The notes under the pieces were generated by a model, which was not told the DNA's origin, made no database searches, and saw nothing but the letters and a program-made list of their open reading frames with translations. A stretch of 39,217 nt of DNA. Origin: Trichinella spiralis. Taxonomy: Eukaryota. The stretch is from the NCBI RefSeq assembly GCF_000181795.1, contig NW_003526945.1, forward strand, positions 1,696,794-1,736,010, given 5' to 3'. Shown piece by piece: positions 36,843 to 39,217 of the stretch (its first letter is position 1; each line of letters opens with the position of its first letter). Made by a program: the position numbers and the translations under genes.

Positions 36843-36852
36843 NNNNNNNNNN
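36843..36852. other. Assembly gap (10 N)
   Basis: Run of N bases. Confidence 1.
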
Positions 36853-37667
36853 TGGCTGCTTTTTTCGGTTGTCATTGTTTGCAGATTTTTAATTTTTTTA
36901 TTTCAAATAAAATATACGAAGGTAAACAATGAATCTAATGAACAGGAGCAAAAGAAACATTGGAAAGATTAAAGATAAAATTCGTTTGCAAACCAGAAAA
37001 ATTTTCGGAGAACAGGCAAGAAAATCAGAAAATTATTTCGATGCTAACAAAAATTATCAATTGCCAGTCCTTATTTTAACTCAGAACTGCAGCTGTGGAC
37101 AATTTATCACTTGTTGACTTTCCCTTTGTATTAAAATCGCCATAACCAAAATATGTGATGTGATGGGAACAATGTTTGACAAAGGCATATGCGTTTAATG
37201 ATGCGTAAAATTCAGTAAAATTGCGAGGTAAAACGTTACGCCTGACTGTTCTTTACAGAGGTTGTTACTGCTGTTGAGTAGTAAAAAATAAGAATAACCA
37301 TTTAACTTATTTTTGTATCGTTTTTTCTGAATTATTACTATCGCATTTGATATAACATCACTGTTAATTTCATTGCATGATTGTCAAAAACTCTGCAAAA
37401 TTACAAAATTTCATGGGCTATACACTTAGTTGTTTTTGTGAAAATCGGCATAAAATTTCTTTTTAAAATTTGTACGTTTTTCGATTGTTGTAGTTTCATA
37501 TTGCTCAAAGAAAGAGTTGTTGAACAAAGGGGCTCTAAATTTGTCTACTGCATATTTTAATACATTGGGTATTCACACATCAGTAACTCTCTTTAACGGA
37601 AGTAAGCACTTGCAATTTCTGTACATGAATATTTTGTGGCATCGAATCTTTTCTAATTCTCCTCGTA

Positions 37668-37920
37668 GGAGATAGTAGGGATGGTGGCTCTGTGACGGAG
37701 TTGCGATCCGTAATGGAGGTTCGAGGAGGGGAACGTGGAGAATAAGTTTTTAGTCTCAGAGTGCGATTTGTATAGGAATCAGACAGGCAAGCTGGACGAA
37801 TAAAGCGCGTCATAGTGAAAGCCATTGGGAATGCGGACAGAATTTTGCGTATGATAAAGTAGGCAGAGCTTTTGGAAAAATAGGTGCAAGATAGCGAAGC
37901 CGTGGAAAGGAAATGCATTT
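37668..37920 (+). mobile_element. Possible decayed retrotransposon gag fragment
   Basis: Purine- and GC-richer island translating as GDSRDGGSVTELRSVMEV...*VFSLRVRFV*E...RIKRVIV...ILRMIK*AELLEK*, loosely like the Gag GES..F..ELR...LRDRFVxG...AE..E pattern, with four in-frame stops. Confidence 0.25.
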
Positions 37921-39217
37921 GTGGCGACTACTGGAAAATTGTATCCGTTAATCAGATTGATCTTTTTGCTGGGCAGACGAGGGAATCTGTAACTTTGCAG
38001 AAAATCATTGGACGTCTCGTTGTTCGCAAACAAGCACAAAAGGCAAAAATAATAAACAACATTAAAATACATCTAGAATTCAGGCATGAATCACACAGCA
38101 ATAAATTAAAAGAATATGAAAATCTGCAGCTATTAATGTAACTCATAATAGCCGGCTTGGCTGCACCACAGTTACAATGTTGCCAGTGAAAAAAACCACA
38201 AGTCTAATTTCAAATTAATGACGTAATTCCAGCAGACAGTTTCACCTTATTTGAGCACAGAATACAAAGCATAAAGATCAAATATAACAGATAAAATGCG
38301 GAAAAGTAAAAGCATCATTTAATTTAAAGTTAAAGCATACTTCAAAAATAAAATCATAGAATGATTATCAATAATTGGATATACAATAATATACATTATT
38401 TAAATGGAAAAATAACGATAAGAAGGTTACTAAGTAATACACAAATGAACGAAATGCAATCACTGTATCCATAGTTATTATTTTATTACAGTGCTGTTCG
38501 ATAAACGGGGCGAAGCGTAACTAAGATGCGAAGGCAGGATGCTACATTCATTTTTAAATTTAATACTGAAACTTATTTTCCTGTTGTTTTGCTATGAATG
38601 CATCTATATTTAAGTATTTGAGCAATATTCAATATGAAGATGCGTAAAACTTGAAATACTTTTAGAATAGAATTCTCAATTACATATAGTTGAATGTTGA
38701 AGATATTGAACAAATCCATATTTCAATTTGCTACTTTAGGTAATCATCTAGATTTAATTGGAGATAAAATTTTCAAATTACACTTGCTTATGACATTTAA
38801 TTTTATTCTCAACTTAGCAGGTCGAATATGACCAAGCGCATAGAGTTGCCTATTATGCAGGACAGAAAAATACCGTTTTTATATAGAAATCGTTTTCAAT
38901 TTAATTTTGTTTTTACTATATTTTTCTCTAAATTTTGCACCATGAAGACATTAGATAAATCAAAATTTTTACACAGTTAATGATGCATGGCATATAGCGC
39001 AACCAGTGTGCTCAAACATTGTTTATTTTTTGTTGACATTATGCTCTAATTCATGTTAGAATAAGTAGCATATCCAACTTACGTAAGCATGCGTTTACTG
39101 CTACGTGCGCAGTGTCTGTCTTTTATGCAAATTGGGAAGTTTGAAAATTAACTTCATATTAGCAGTGCACCTGTTAAATTGACTTTGTTGACTAACAGAA
39201 GCATCGACAGCAATGTT

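Noticed and set aside
1..39217. CRISPR arrays, tRNA/rRNA genes, prokaryotic systems, full-length LTR element
   Set aside because: None seen. The sequence is eukaryotic and intron-rich, and I found no repeat-spacer array, cloverleaf or LTR pair by eye.

Overview
AT-rich, intron-dense eukaryotic DNA with short (about 50-100 nt) GT-AG introns and nematode-type genes, most consistent with a Trichinella-like nematode (inference). The ORF track fragments almost every gene, so genes were rebuilt by hand from splice sites. In order: 3' end of an M1 (puromycin-sensitive-like) aminopeptidase (+); eat-16-type DEP-GGL-RGS protein (-); a divergent MMS22L-like DNA repair protein (+); mitochondrial folate/FAD carrier SLC25A32 (+); a small secreted 8-cysteine protein (+); an accessory stretch of about 9 kb (17.5-26.2 kb); Fer2/hlh-13 bHLH (+); CHCHD7/COX23 twin-CX9C protein (-, absent from the ORF track); a decayed tandem coding repeat; TM9SF4 (+); then gene-poor DNA with a 10-N gap. 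The accessory stretch holds a decayed MARVEL-like pseudogene, a possible retrotransposon pol remnant, a frameshifted Ran-binding-domain gene, a MITE-like element and an intronless single-RRM gene. The most interesting item is also there: an intact, intron-containing, stand-alone Ty3/gypsy-type Gag capsid gene (19518-20275, -) with no zinc knuckle, pol or visible LTRs, a candidate domesticated capsid gene. All homology calls come from remembered motifs, not database searches.
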